NCBI GenBank assembly: GCA_965206645.1
Contig: CBDBKE010000004.1
Span: 2,016,001-2,080,000 of the forward strand
Source of the DNA: Terriglobia bacterium
GTDB taxonomy: Bacteria; Acidobacteriota; Terriglobia; JAJPHL01; JAPKYU01
DNA: 64,000 bases
Direction of reading: 5' to 3'
Below the pieces are notes generated by a model. The model was not told where the DNA came from. It did no database searches and worked only from the letters and a program-made list of their open reading frames with translations. Made by a program: the position numbers and the translations under genes. Below are positions 49,252-60,274 of this stretch, piece by piece (position 1 is the first letter of the stretch; each line of letters opens with the position of its first letter).

Positions 49252-51597
49252 CTACTTCCGGCTCTGCTCCGGGAGCTTATCCGCTTTCTTCTTCTTTTTC
49301 TGCGTCTTCAAGGACTGCTGGATTACGTCATTCACCGGTCGCTCATATAGGTTCTCTTTGAACATGTTGAGGGTATTGCCGCTCGGCAGGATGCGGCGAA
49401 GGCGTCTGTCCTGTTTGCGCATGAGCTTGGTGCGTTCCTTGACATTCTTGCCCTCGTGCCAGAGCGCTAACTGGAGGTCGACGGGCAAGTCCTCCTGAAT
49501 TCGTCTCAGCATGAAGTCAAATGTCTCGCCCTCGCCGATATCGATGTGCGCGACGTTAAGGAAAAATAACGCATACGCCTTCGTCTCGTCCTCCAGCGAT
49601 GAGTCGTCGATTCGCAGCGCCGCATCCTCAAAGGCCTTGGCGAAGAACGGATACGAGTAGCCTTCCCTGATGAACATCTGGAGGAGGTAGAGCAAGTGCA
49701 TCTGCGGTAGGTTACTGAACCACATCTCCGAGCCTTGCTTGACAATCTTTTGATAGAGCTCCGCCGCCGTCACTGCTACGTTCCGTACGCCTTCCGCAAC
49801 CACCTGGTACGGCGTCGTATACGCCGCCAATAGGTAATTGGAGACGCTCACAATCTTCAGCCATTCTTCCAGTTCAGAACCGGTCGGCATCTTGAATATC
49901 GCCTGGAGATCGTTGGGACAGTCCTTGCGCAGCCCGAGATAGAAAAAGAACGTGTTCATCCAGTAAACGTTGAACACCCGGCTATCGACGACGAGCGACT
50001 GGTCCTGGATAAAGGACTTGGCGTAGAAAAACTCCGTGAAACTCCGGTGCTTGAACCCGAGTGTTTGGGAATTGCTATCCAAGAGGACGATTTCGCAACG
50101 GTTGACCATCTTGTTGAATAGTTGGTCCGCATCTATTTCGAGGTTGCGCTGGTCCAGGTAGTCATTGAACGCGTCCTTGACCTCATCCACTGATATGAAT
50201 AGCCGTTGTTCGTCAATCATCTGCCGGGCCAGCCGCATCAGGATGTTGTCGAGCGCTTGGTATTCTTTCTGCGACTGGAGACCCTTCTTTTCATCCCACC
50301 TGCCAAGCATCAGCTCCGAATACTTCGCATATAGCTCCGTCATGTTTGACGGTATTTCCTGCTGGCTTTCGTTCAGCAGACGCGCCAGGAGGATGGCCAA
50401 CATCGGGCTCCGGGGCAGGTCCCGAAAGAGGGCTGACTTCTTGAGATCTTCGAGGATACGGTCCGTAATATTGACCTTCGCGCAAATCTTGGTGATGATT
50501 TCTATGGTGCGCTGCATCGAGAGGTGATGCAGCTCGCAGCGGGAAATGTCCGGCTGCAAGACATCGCTCCGCTCGACGCCTTGAAGGAACCGGCTCGTCA
50601 CCACGACGCGAATATGGTTCTCTTCCGACGCTTGGCTGAAGAGTGCGTTGAGCTCGTCGGCTTGGCAGTTGATCTCCATCCGCCGCTCGTCGAAGGCGTC
50701 AATCAGAACCAGGTATTCGCTATCGCGGCATGCCTCCCTGACCGCCACTGGCACCCGCTGCTCAATGAGCTTCTTCAGGTCGCCTGAGTGTTTCTCCATC
50801 AGCTCCGTGTAGCTGACGCTAAGCGGAATTACCTTGGTCTTGCTGAAGTCCTCCGGGGTAGTGGCTCTGGCGATTAGCCGCCAGAGCAATTTCGATTTCC
50901 CGGAACCGACGCTGCCCTCAATGAGAATGCAGCGGTGTGACTCAGCAACGTGGTCGACATCGACCTTCTCCGGCAGGAGACGGCCCTTCCTCTTATAGCG
51001 GTATTCTATGTCGGGAATGTGATACAGGTCCTGCTTAACGTAGAAGGACTTGTCAGACATCTGCAATAGGCTGACGCTCTTGTCATGCTCTTCTGTCCGT
51101 ACCCGCAAGTCCTGCAGATAGTCACCGACGACAATCGGCAGCCCCGACCAAGCCAGAGGCGCATAACGGTCGACCAGCTTTTCAAGGGCGGCACCATCGA
51201 TAAACTCAATCTTCCGAGTGCTGTATTTTTCGAAGATCTTTGCCTTGGCGCCCTGCGTTATGTGCTTAGTGGCGACGACCCATATTTCGGTAATGCGGAT
51301 CTTCTGTTTGCCACCTTGAAAATACCGGGGCAATTTGCACTCATAGATCTGGCCCTCAATGTCCGCGAAGTCCTGGACGATCCTGCCGACCTTGGCGATG
51401 ACGCCGATATACTCAATGTCGCCGAAGATATCTTTGGTCCGGCTGATAACAAAATCAGCACCCATCTCGCCGCCGCCGTGGTGGTACTCCACGTTTTGGA
51501 CCCTCGGGAGCTTCGGCAGCACCGCGTTGAGCAGCGGATGGAGGTCCTTGATCTCCCGCTTAATCGAATCGAGCTTTTCGTTAGCAATTTGCGCCAT
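49252..51597 (-). CDS. REase-like nuclease fused to a NACHT/STAND NTPase (putative defence protein)
   Basis: N-terminal EMGADF...VIAK (PD-(D/E)XK-like); Walker A GSVGSGKS; Walker B LIDAFDE; VTSR, SPML and FKHRSFTEFF. Confidence 0.82.
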   Translation of the reverse strand: MAQIANEKLDSIKREIKDLHPLLNAVLPKLPRVQNVEYHHGGGEMGADFVISRTKDIFGDIEYIGVIAKVGRIVQDFADIEGQIYECKLPRYFQGGKQKIRITEIWVVATKHITQGAKAKIFEKYSTRKIEFIDGAALEKLVDRYAPLAWSGLPIVVGDYLQDLRVRTEEHDKSVSLLQMSDKSFYVKQDLYHIPDIEYRYKRKGRLLPEKVDVDHVAESHRCILIEGSVGSGKSKLLWRLIARATTPEDFSKTKVIPLSVSYTELMEKHSGDLKKLIEQRVPVAVREACRDSEYLVLIDAFDERRMEINCQADELNALFSQASEENHIRVVVTSRFLQGVERSDVLQPDISRCELHHLSMQRTIEIITKICAKVNITDRILEDLKKSALFRDLPRSPMLAILLARLLNESQQEIPSNMTELYAKYSELMLGRWDEKKGLQSQKEYQALDNILMRLARQMIDEQRLFISVDEVKDAFNDYLDQRNLEIDADQLFNKMVNRCEIVLLDSNSQTLGFKHRSFTEFFYAKSFIQDQSLVVDSRVFNVYWMNTFFFYLGLRKDCPNDLQAIFKMPTGSELEEWLKIVSVSNYLLAAYTTPYQVVAEGVRNVAVTAAELYQKIVKQGSEMWFSNLPQMHLLYLLQMFIREGYSYPFFAKAFEDAALRIDDSSLEDETKAYALFFLNVAHIDIGEGETFDFMLRRIQEDLPVDLQLALWHEGKNVKERTKLMRKQDRRLRRILPSGNTLNMFKENLYERPVNDVIQQSLKTQKKKKKADKLPEQSRK

Positions 51598-51649
51598 GTG
51601 TATCGCCCCCAATTTTCTGGTCAGAGTGAACTCACTATAATCAAGCCGC

Positions 51650-52080
51650 CGACTCAAGTGCAAGACGTTGTTGATCCTGAACCGAGGATTGAAAGTCGAT
51701 GCGCTCGGCGTCGATGTGGACGACATCCTTCACATGGTCTTTCGTCCGCCGGACTCGCCGGAAGTGACGGCGCTCCGAGAGGAGTTGGTAGAACTGAAAC
51801 ATACTCGCACCGACCGGGATTTGTTGGATCTCGCAATAGCCGCATCCTACAACGGGCAGGCTGATTGGCTTGAAACCGTAATCAGGAAAGACCGTGCATC
51901 GAAATTCGCTTGGCAACGCCACCGCGCTACGGTCCTCGCGGGCTTCACTGCGAACAACGAATTGCCCGTCGCCGGTGCCTGGCCTGACGGCGAGATTAAA
52001 ACCAATCATGCCGGACTTTTCCATCGATCAGCCCGCTATAGGTGGCGAGAGGCGTGCGCTCGTCATTGGTGCCGGGTTTT
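51650..52080 (+). pseudogene. Internal fragment of an unknown large protein, cut by IS5
   Basis: Coding-like frame without a clear start; ends at the IS end. Confidence 0.4.
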
Positions 52081-53142
52081 GGCGTTGTTGCAGAAATCTG
52101 ACTCCATCCCCAACGCTCTCGCCCCTGATAGGCTAGGGGAGGGGCAAAAGCGACTACACCTTCCGATATAAGGTTCGCAACTGGCCGGAGTACAACCGGG
52201 CTCTGGTGAAACGTGGGCAGCTGACACTGTGGTTCGACACGGAGGCAGTCGCTGCCTGGCGTCATCCAGGACCCTTCGGAGGGCGAGGCCGGCCCAAGGT
52301 CTACGCAGATGCGGCGATCCAATGTGCGCTGGTCCTGAATTCGGTGTTTCACCTCAACCTACGGACCACTGAAGGGTTCCTTCAATCCATCGTGGCGCTC
52401 ATGGCTCTCGACCTCCCAGTGCCCAACTACAGCACGGTGAGCCGAAGGCAAAGCGCCGTCGACGTCCGACTGAGTGTAGGGCCCACGGATCGACCACGAC
52501 ATGTCGTCATCGATTCGACGGGCCTGAAGATCTACGGAGCCGGTGAGTGGCACATCAGAAAACACCGAACCCTCCGCCGTAGGACATGGCGAAAGCTCCA
52601 CCTAGGCGTCGATGAGACGACGAAAGAGATCGTTGCGATGGACCTGACTGCGAGCAACGTCCACGACGCCCGAAGGCTCTCTTCGTTGCTGTCTAAGACT
52701 CCTGGTTCGATCGGGCAAGTCTCCGCAGACCGGGCCTACGACACGGGTTCCTGCTACGAGGCCGTGCTCCAGCACGACGCTATCGTGACGATCTTGCCGC
52801 GACGCAATGCACGATGCAGCCGAGACTCTCATCCGCCTCCGTGGCGTGCGATGCGTGATACCAATCTCCGGCGTATTAGGACGCAGGGCCGTTATGAGTG
52901 GCGGAAGTCGAGTGGCTGCACTCGCCAGAGCGTGGCGGAGAATGCGGTCTCACGGTACAAGGCGATACTCGGGGTAAGCCTCTCGGCCCGCACGGTCAAG
53001 AACCAAAAAGTCGAAGCCGCGATCAAGTGCGCTGTGCTGAACCGGATGGCGGAGCTTGGAATGCCACGATCGGAGCGCGTGTACTGAGGCGGATGAGCTT
53101 CTCCGCCCGGTTCGCCGCGAGCGCGAATTACGCAACAACGCC
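52081..53142 (+). mobile_element. IS5-family (IS903-like) element; transposase start mutated ATG to AGG
   Basis: Near-identical to 18315-19376. Confidence 0.93.
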
Positions 53143-53212
53143 CTGCAGCCGTACCAGTGCCGAATGAAAATCCGAGCTCTAACAACTTTCTTCGTGTTTC
53201 TTCGTGTCAATT

Positions 53213-53340
53213 ATGCCATTCCGCTTCGTTCACACCGCCGATATTCACCTTGACTCCCCGCTGCGATCTCTCGCCCTTCGAGATTCCGCACTTGCCGAAT
53301 TAATTGGTGGCGCGACCCGCCTCGCCTTCGAGCAGACCAT
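53213..53340 (+). pseudogene. SbcD/Mre11-like metallophosphoesterase N-terminal fragment
   Basis: MPFRFVHTADIHLDSPL; cut near a solo IS481-like end (CAATTCACCAGGGACA, 53361-53376). Confidence 0.75.
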
Positions 53341-53664
53341 AGCGCATAAACGCGTTTTAGCAATTCACCAGGGACAAGCGTCAGCGTCGAGCAACCGCCA
53401 GTGTCAGCGGTCCGTCTATCGAAGAACTGGAAGAGTTTGCGGAGAATGAGGAAGCCGCTTAGTCGTCGAGAGTGTATGGCTATTTCAAAATGCGAGCGTT
53501 GTGGTAGGCCGCGTGGCGCGAACGTTAAGCCACCGGGCTACGCCGATGATCAAAACTGATCTCAGTTTGTGCGCGTGCGGTGCGATAGCCTCATGTTACG
53601 GGCGGGTCCCTATGCTCCGTACTCAGCGTTCCCACCCGCGAGAATCGTCCTGTCTTGATCGGGA

Positions 53665-54235
53665 CTATTCGCTCGACTCCATAGTGAATTGCTCAACTGC
53701 TTCAAGCGTCTCCCGCACATCGTCCCATGTCGTGTTGTGGTTCACGATACACAGCCGCAGGACGAATTGCTTGTTGACCATAGTGGACGACAGGAATGCC
53801 CGCTCGCCCCAGAACACGCGTGCCAGCACCTTGCGGTTCAGGTCGGCCAGGGTGTCCTCGCCGACGCCGCCGGGGTTGACACGGAAGCACACCATGCTAA
53901 GTAACACTGATAGCAGCTCCAGTTTCGGGCTCCGTCTGGCGTACTCCGCAGCTTGGGCGGCCAAGTCGAGCCCGTTCTCGATTGCCGCACGAAACGCCGC
54001 CATCCCGAAAGTCTGAATCGACATCCAGATCTTTAGCGCGCGGAAACTGCGACTCAGTTGGATGCCCTGGTCCGCCAGGTTGGTGTGCTTCGCGCCCCAC
54101 ACCGAATCCTGCAGCACATCGTGCTGAATCGAGAAGGCGCGTTCAAGGGTGTTGACGTCGCGGACCAGGATGCAACCGGCCTCGTACGGCTGGAACAGCC
54201 ACTTGTGTGGGTCGACGTTGAGGGAGTCGTGTGTC
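53665..54235 (-). pseudogene. PLP-dependent (group II) decarboxylase, C-terminal half
   Basis: DSLNVDPHKWL, QLSRSFRALKIW, VCFR and LRLCIVN. Confidence 0.85.
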
Positions 54236-54584
54236 CAGAGCCCAGAAAAAGGGAAAAATGGAGCCAACGCAAAGCCCCATAGGTCTATGAAAGCTGCTGA
54301 AAGGTTCCCAGGAACAGAGAATCTTTATTTTTTCTGCCTTTTTCAGCAACCTGCTAGTACCACATCAGGCACCCACCTCGCACTGCTTTCATGCCCCTGG
54401 AATAGCCCGGCCCGCTACAATTGGCCCCATGATTACCGTGGCCCTACTGGTGGCGTCCGTGGCTCTGCTAGCTGCACTGCTGGACACACCCAGAAGAGTC
54501 TAGGGGCAATCCTTCAGCACCCTTTCCAGCGCATCCCGTTCCCGACGGTCAACCGTCAGTCCGTACTTGCGCTTGACCTTGACC

Positions 54585-54800
54585 ACGTGCTGGCAAACCA
54601 GCAGCGGTTGATGTTGGGCATCCAGCCCGTGGCATCCTTGCCACGTTTGATCTGACGACTGACACTGAGGCTTGCCAGGGTGAAGTTCAGTAGGTCGTGG
54701 CTGAACCGGCGGCGCGTCTCCATTTCGGCATCGCGCAGGCCGGAATCACGCACCTCGCTCAGGGCGACGATGTGCTCGATGTCGGTCTTCTTCAGGCTGT
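54585..54800 (-). pseudogene. DUF1524/HNH-like nuclease fragment
   Basis: DIEHIVALSE...DLLNFTLA...K.GKDA..W.P. Confidence 0.6.
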
Positions 54801-55089
54801 CAAACGTCCGTCCGGACCGATCGGTAGGAACCGATCGGCCAAGCCCAAGGCAACCCCTACCGTTTCAGGGAATGCCTGCAGTCTGAAAAAGTATTAGGAG
54901 CCAGGTGGGTTGGAGGCGGCACATAGACCAGACAATTCCACTTCCCGACGCAATCATTATACGAGTACGAGGTAACCCCGGCGGGGTGGGGCACGTCCCA
55001 CGTTTGACACTGTAGGGGGGCACCTGCCCGCGCCGGTCGCGGGACCGCGCGAGGGGTTTCAGGGAGACAAAGGCCCAAAGGAAGGTGCA

Positions 55090-56379
55090 ATGCGAAGGCT
55101 AGTTTCTGCATTGGTCCTTGTGGGTTGGTTCACTGGCCCAGCGTTGGCCCAGGATTTCTTGATTTCTCCGGACAACTCCAAGGGTGTAAAGCTGCAACGC
55201 CGGGCAGGTCCGTCAGCAGGGAGCGAGCCCGCAGACAGGGGAAACGAGCCTGCAGACAGTTGGAAGAATCTGAGGCAGTTGCCGGTGTGGAAGAAGATTC
55301 GGATGGTGGATGCAAGTTTCAAGAGATTCAAGGGCCAATTAGTAAAGGTCTCGGAAAATGCCCTGACGCTTAGATCAAGAACGAACGGGCGTACAGAACT
55401 ACTGACCTTTCCGCGATATGAAATCCGTACGGTGAGCATTAGGAATTCCAAGGCCAAGCGGATCTTGTTACTGGCTCTGGCAGGCGCATTGCAGGGCGCG
55501 ACGGCAGCAATGAACACCGAACGGGCTGGATCTTTCTGCAAATTCCCTGATGACAAGCGCCCCTCCGCTAAACAGGTTGCCGTCGGTGCCGGGGTCGGAG
55601 CGGCGGCGATGGCCTTAACCGGTGCGTTTTCGGATTCATCCGAAGAGCTAGTCTACTTCCAGGATTCCTCCACCCTCGAGAAGTTGGCTGCCGAGGCCAA
55701 GATCTCCCCTTGGCGCCCGGCGGCGGCTCCCACTGCTTTTTTGCCGGTCAGCAGCGAGATTCGGCGTCAACTGATGGGGGGGAGAGTTGGACGCGACGTG
55801 ATTTCGATCCAACTCGATCGCCCCGTCAACATTTCTGGAACCGCCCTGAACCCTGGCCGCTACCGGCTCGTGCTACTCAAACGCCACGGAAGTGCGGGCG
55901 ATCTGTACTTCTTCCCGAGCAAGCGAGTCAGGACCAAGCAGGTCATGGCGGTGGTGCCCGTCCAGGTGGCGCCTCAAGCGGAGGCTGAGAATGCTCCACG
56001 TGTCGCCTACGTGGATGAAGATGGAACCACACGCATCTCGGCGATTCGAGCCTCAGGAAAGGTAATGCGGTTTCAGCCTCCGGCACGGATGGGTAAGAAC
56101 CGTCAATCGGGTCCCGTAAGGCATATATTGACGGCGGTCGAACCCGGTTCGGGCAAGCCGGGCGAGACCGCCACCGCTTGGGGCGAAAACCTGGCTGACT
56201 CCAGTGTCGTCGCCGTCTTCCTTTCTGATACCAAATCCGACTACAAGGTGATGGTGCTCGAACAGACGCCTGAGAAAATCGTCTTCAAGGTACCCTCGGT
56301 GGAGCCGGCCAGCTATAACGTCTCCCTGCAAGTGCGCAGCAATATTTATATTCACCCCGTTCGCTTCAAGATAGAGTAG
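55090..56379 (+). CDS. Secreted/membrane protein with a C-terminal IPT/TIG-like domain
   Basis: Signal peptide, glycine-zipper TM pair, and AVEPGSGKPGET...GENL...FKVP. Confidence 0.7.
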   Translation: MRRLVSALVLVGWFTGPALAQDFLISPDNSKGVKLQRRAGPSAGSEPADRGNEPADSWKNLRQLPVWKKIRMVDASFKRFKGQLVKVSENALTLRSRTNGRTELLTFPRYEIRTVSIRNSKAKRILLLALAGALQGATAAMNTERAGSFCKFPDDKRPSAKQVAVGAGVGAAAMALTGAFSDSSEELVYFQDSSTLEKLAAEAKISPWRPAAAPTAFLPVSSEIRRQLMGGRVGRDVISIQLDRPVNISGTALNPGRYRLVLLKRHGSAGDLYFFPSKRVRTKQVMAVVPVQVAPQAEAENAPRVAYVDEDGTTRISAIRASGKVMRFQPPARMGKNRQSGPVRHILTAVEPGSGKPGETATAWGENLADSSVVAVFLSDTKSDYKVMVLEQTPEKIVFKVPSVEPASYNVSLQVRSNIYIHPVRFKIE

Positions 56380-56659
56380 GCCGACTCTGGAAGGTGTGGA
56401 GGGTTCTGTCTACGTTTTTACAAAGGCCCAAGAAACGATTGCTGGTCGGAGGCGAAATTGCCTTTGGTTGGGTCCTAGGTCAGAAAAACGGTCTCGGCCC
56501 CGAAGGCCGGTCGGCTCGCCCCGCCACTCCCCGGTGCTTGTACCGGCGATACCAGCCGCAGGATCTGCTGCGCGGGGGACTCCCAACTCCCGCAGTGTCG
56601 CCGGCACCGACAACTCCGAGTCTTCGACCAGCCGGATTGTTTCCAGCTTTTCGGCCTCC

Positions 56660-57040
56660 TCAGGACTGGAGTCCGATAAGCAGGAGGAACGCGGCATCCT
56701 CCGCGGCCGAAACCCGGTGCTTTTCGCCTTGTCCGATGAATAGCGTCCGGCCCGAGCCCAGCGTGAGAGATTGACGGTTCTTGAGTCCCTCGACAGTGAC
56801 TGCCCCGGTGACCGGCACGATGACGACGGGGCCCGGCGCCGCGTGTTCGTGAATCTCTCCCCCCGCCCGGACGGCGGTGAGTACGGCCGTCATTCCTTTG
56901 CCCTTCGCCAGCGTGCGCGCCGAGCGGCCGTTGCGGGCGAGCTCTTCGGAGCCCAGCAAGTCGTGAGCGACCGCCGCCACGTCGAGAGATTCGAGCGTGA
57001 TGGCTCCGAAGTCAAGCGGTGCGTCCCGTTGCGTGGCCAT
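56660..57040 (-). CDS. Cupin domain protein
   Basis: IHEHAAPG...G...EKHRVSA.ED.AFLL. Confidence 0.8.
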   Translation of the reverse strand: MATQRDAPLDFGAITLESLDVAAVAHDLLGSEELARNGRSARTLAKGKGMTAVLTAVRAGGEIHEHAAPGPVVIVPVTGAVTVEGLKNRQSLTLGSGRTLFIGQGEKHRVSAAEDAAFLLLIGLQS

Positions 57041-57187
57041 CGATTTACTCCATTCTTGAGCCGGTGAACCGTCCCGGGTTGACCAGGCCGAAGTTTTGCA
57101 CCAATCGTTGCGAGAGAGTTTACATTACTGTACGTCGTCAGAGTAATTTGGACAGAAGTACGCCTTTTCTAAGAGACGGTTTTCAAG

Positions 57188-57392
57188 TTATAGCACTCCA
57201 GTCCTGAGATTGGCAATCCGGCGGTGAGCCAGAGTTCGCTGTTTGATCCTCTCCCTACGGGAGAGGATTTCCTGCTGACGGCCAAAGAACACATCCGCCG
57301 GGGTTACGTTGTTGAGCGATTCGTGATATCGGCGGTGGTTGTAGTGCTCGACGAAGCTGGAGATGGCGCCTTGGAGCTCCCACGGATAATAG
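57188..57392 (-). pseudogene. IS3-family transposase C-terminal fragment
   Basis: FVEHYNHRRYHESLNNVTPAD. Confidence 0.75.
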
Positions 57393-57523
57393 GGTACTGT
57401 CAAGTTAAGCAGTTTGGCGGCATTCTCGCCGCCCGCCGCCACCGCTAAGTCATTGATTCTCAGTCTCTGATCCAGCAGAATCCTTCCGCAAAACGGGCAG
57501 ATTCTGCTCAACTTGACAGTACC
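57393..57523. mobile_element. 131-bp MITE copy 3
   Basis: Same terminal repeats as copy 1. Confidence 0.9.
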
Positions 57524-57636
57524 ATCCGCCGCCCACCGGAGATGATGTTCCCTGACGGGTTCAATATGCCAACTAACCAAGGACCACGCTAGCTGTTGGG
57601 CTCCCTAAAGGAATTGCCATTCATACCCATCTCCGG

Positions 57637-58461
57637 CTACGGGCTTACCGGAAGTGCCGGATGTCTAGGATCTTCCCACAGTGCGTAGAAGCATTTGGGC
57701 AGCTTCGGTGGTGGCGGTGTAGTTTGAAATCGGCTCACCATTACGATTTTGCTCCACTGTTCTCTGCCGTCTCCTTCTTGCACTCTCACTTTGATTGTTG
57801 CCCGCTCATCTCCTCCCAACACTCTAATGGGCGCTCTGAGAATTTCATCATCAAAGACCAACCACCACCGTCCATATTTCCTTGACCGTTTGCCCCGTCG
57901 AATCTTGTTGGTTTTCTCCCCCACACAAGCAACGATCCGCTCGGCCAGTATTGGCCCGACCAAATAGCCTCTGTCCACACTAAGCCCCGAGAAGCTTCCT
58001 TCGTTGCTCGCCGGTACCAAATTCAAATACACTCCGCATCCTCGCATCCTCCCTGGAGACAATAACTGAAAGTTCCCTCCTGCTCCCGGGGTTCGGAGTG
58101 CTTGTCGGACTTTTCCCTTCCATCCTTCGCAATCAGATCTTGGCGGTCGGGGCTCTCTGGGGTCGTACTCACAGCGCGAGTGCCATCTCGGGGCGTTCAC
58201 CTCTTCCATCGACACCTCTTCGATCAAGTGCCTAAGCTTCCGCTCGAAGGCACATTCTTCTGTTTTGCTCCATCCTTCAGAATCATGCAAGAGAGTTACT
58301 TCCACTGCAATTTCTTCATCCGCGTACTTCATTAAAAAGTCAGGAGGACCACCTCCTTCTTCGTCACCGACATACCGAATCTCCGTTGCCCCGATTTGTT
58401 TGAGCCATTCCTTTATCGAAACTTCGCTTCCTCTTGGGCCTTCCTGTTGTTTTCCTGCCAT
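57637..58461 (-). CDS. Hypothetical protein, PD-(D/E)XK-like
   Basis: PPDFLM...IAVEVT motif; RBS GGAGG upstream. Confidence 0.6.
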   Translation of the reverse strand: MAGKQQEGPRGSEVSIKEWLKQIGATEIRYVGDEEGGGPPDFLMKYADEEIAVEVTLLHDSEGWSKTEECAFERKLRHLIEEVSMEEVNAPRWHSRCEYDPREPRPPRSDCEGWKGKVRQALRTPGAGGNFQLLSPGRMRGCGVYLNLVPASNEGSFSGLSVDRGYLVGPILAERIVACVGEKTNKIRRGKRSRKYGRWWLVFDDEILRAPIRVLGGDERATIKVRVQEGDGREQWSKIVMVSRFQTTPPPPKLPKCFYALWEDPRHPALPVSP

Positions 58462-58580
58462 CGTTCGCTTCCTGGTTCCTCCCAAAGAGACCGTCATTCT
58501 ACAACCTGAGAAGCAGCTTTATTGTCCTGTTTCACCACTTGTGAAGGTCCGCCGGTGCAATCTGTCTGGATTCTACGGCG

Positions 58581-58659
58581 CTCCGAACAATGGGGTGCCC
58601 CTGTCGTCCGGTTGGCAAGCTAACTTGCAGCCGGTCGGGCACTCAACTAAACTTTCGCC
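58581..58659 (+). other. Degenerate attC-like hairpin directly before the ATG at 58660
   Basis: CCGAAC...GGGTGCCC..CCGGTTGGCAAG-CTAA-CTTGCAGCCGG..GGGCACTC...TTTCGCC. Confidence 0.4.
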
Positions 58660-59247
58660 ATGAACATTTTTCAGTCGCTCAAGAATGATCGCGTGACGCT
58701 CGTCAAGAAGGACGGCCAACGGTTCGAGAATCTGCCCGCTTCAGTTCAGTCCGGTTTGATATTGACGGACAACACGAAAATCCCGATTGAGGATGGCGAC
58801 CAGTTTGAGCGACAACTGCCGAGCGGGATTGTTGACGTCTTCACGGTGGTGGACTCGGAGTTTCAGCAAAGTTTTCACGGCACTCCGCCGCACTATCAGT
58901 CGAAGGTGCGAAAGAACACCGCCGGGTCTCGACCAGCGGCGGGACCGCAAGTCGTCTACAACCTCATTGGCCCGAACGCACGCGTCAACATTCAATCATC
59001 GGACTCGTCCACAAATGTGGTCAGCGTCGAATCTGCCGTTCTGTTCGACAACTTGCGAGAAGTAATCCGAAAATCCTCGCTAGATTCCATCGTCGAGCGG
59101 CAGCTCATCCAAAACGTCAGCGCGATGCAATCGGCGGTCGGGACAAAGACGTTCGGCGAACGCTACAAGGAGTTTATCGCGGTAGCGGCTGACCACATGA
59201 CGCTCGTCGCTCCGTTCCTCCCGGCGTTGACACAACTGCTGCTGTAA
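58660..59247 (+). CDS. Hypothetical protein
   Basis: 195-aa ORF; beta-rich N-terminal region and helical C-terminal region. Confidence 0.75.
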   Translation: MNIFQSLKNDRVTLVKKDGQRFENLPASVQSGLILTDNTKIPIEDGDQFERQLPSGIVDVFTVVDSEFQQSFHGTPPHYQSKVRKNTAGSRPAAGPQVVYNLIGPNARVNIQSSDSSTNVVSVESAVLFDNLREVIRKSSLDSIVERQLIQNVSAMQSAVGTKTFGERYKEFIAVAADHMTLVAPFLPALTQLLL

Positions 59248-59867
59248 GGGTAGCGGGCAGAAGTTGGCAGACTGGGCGGGGCAGGATTGACTCGACGGCG
59301 CGATTTACTTCGCATCTCGTTCTGACGCTGAGGCGCTCACCTACATCAAGGACATGCCGAAGTATGTGCTTGCCATTTTTCGGGCCGCTGTGGACGAGCA
59401 CTGCCAAGGCCAAGCGGTAGGCTCACTGAGGGGAGCTTGGTTTCCGGCGCCGACGGCTCCATGGTGAAGGTTCCGTCGTTTCCTCCGCAGGCGTCCAGGC
59501 GGTATTACTCGCAGACGTAGGGGCCGCCGGTCGGCTTAGGGTTCCACCATGCGCCGCCCGCCCGCTACCAAAGGGCGTCACGGATTCGGTTAATGTGACT
59601 TTGATCAGGGAAAATTATGGGTTACGCACTACCGGTTGCTGAAAGCTGCGAACAGACGACATGCAGTCGGCATGAGACTACCATCTTAGGTACAGCCCGA
59701 ATGGGTTTACGTTTCCATGTGCGCGCCGCCGACATCTGTTCATCAGTCTCCTTGACAGGCGTGTCAACCGTGGCACGTCGTGGGCAGCTGACTCACGAAG
59801 CTCGCTCCTCCAACAGTGTCACTCCCTCCTGACCTGCCCCTAGTTATTGGTCCACTTTTTATGTTAG

Positions 59868-59933
59868 TCCATAAGCCGTTGCAGCCGGGTGGAGCGGAGC
59901 GGAACCCGGCGGTAACGGCAAGATCGTTTCCGG
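59868..59933 (+). other. Degenerate attC-like site
   Basis: TAAGCCGTTGCAGCCGGGT...ACCCGGCGGTAACGGCAAGATCGTTTCC. Confidence 0.45.
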
Positions 59934-60170
59934 GGCTGGCGACCACTAAGGCCGAAAGGGAACCTTGGGATCTGTACTGTCGGATTCAGCATCATCGGCA
60001 CGGTCCTTACTGGCATCGGGATTGCGAGCGACATCTCCATCCGGGTATTAAGCTAATACGCATCGCGGCCCCTTCGCCGGGTCATTCCCGGAGCTTGCAT
60101 CCAGTTATGCGGCAGGGGGCAACGGTGGCCGGTTCGATCTCTTCTAGCTTTAAACGTAAAAAGGTCTTTT

Positions 60171-60236
60171 CCGGCTTCAGGATCGTCTCTGAGCGCCATT
60201 CGCGGATTCACAGGCACCGGAACACCCGCCGATCCG
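60171..60236 (+). repeat. 66-bp direct repeat, copy 1
   Basis: 64 of 66 positions identical to 61001-61066. Confidence 0.9.
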
Positions 60237-60274
60237 GCAGGGACACGCGAGCGACGCCGGGTGCACCGCCAGGC

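Noticed and set aside
54236-54357. AT-rich segment ending TTTTTCAGCAACCTGCTAG as a complete mobile element
   Set aside because: It resembles a single IS end, but there is no partner end or transposase, so it cannot be delimited.
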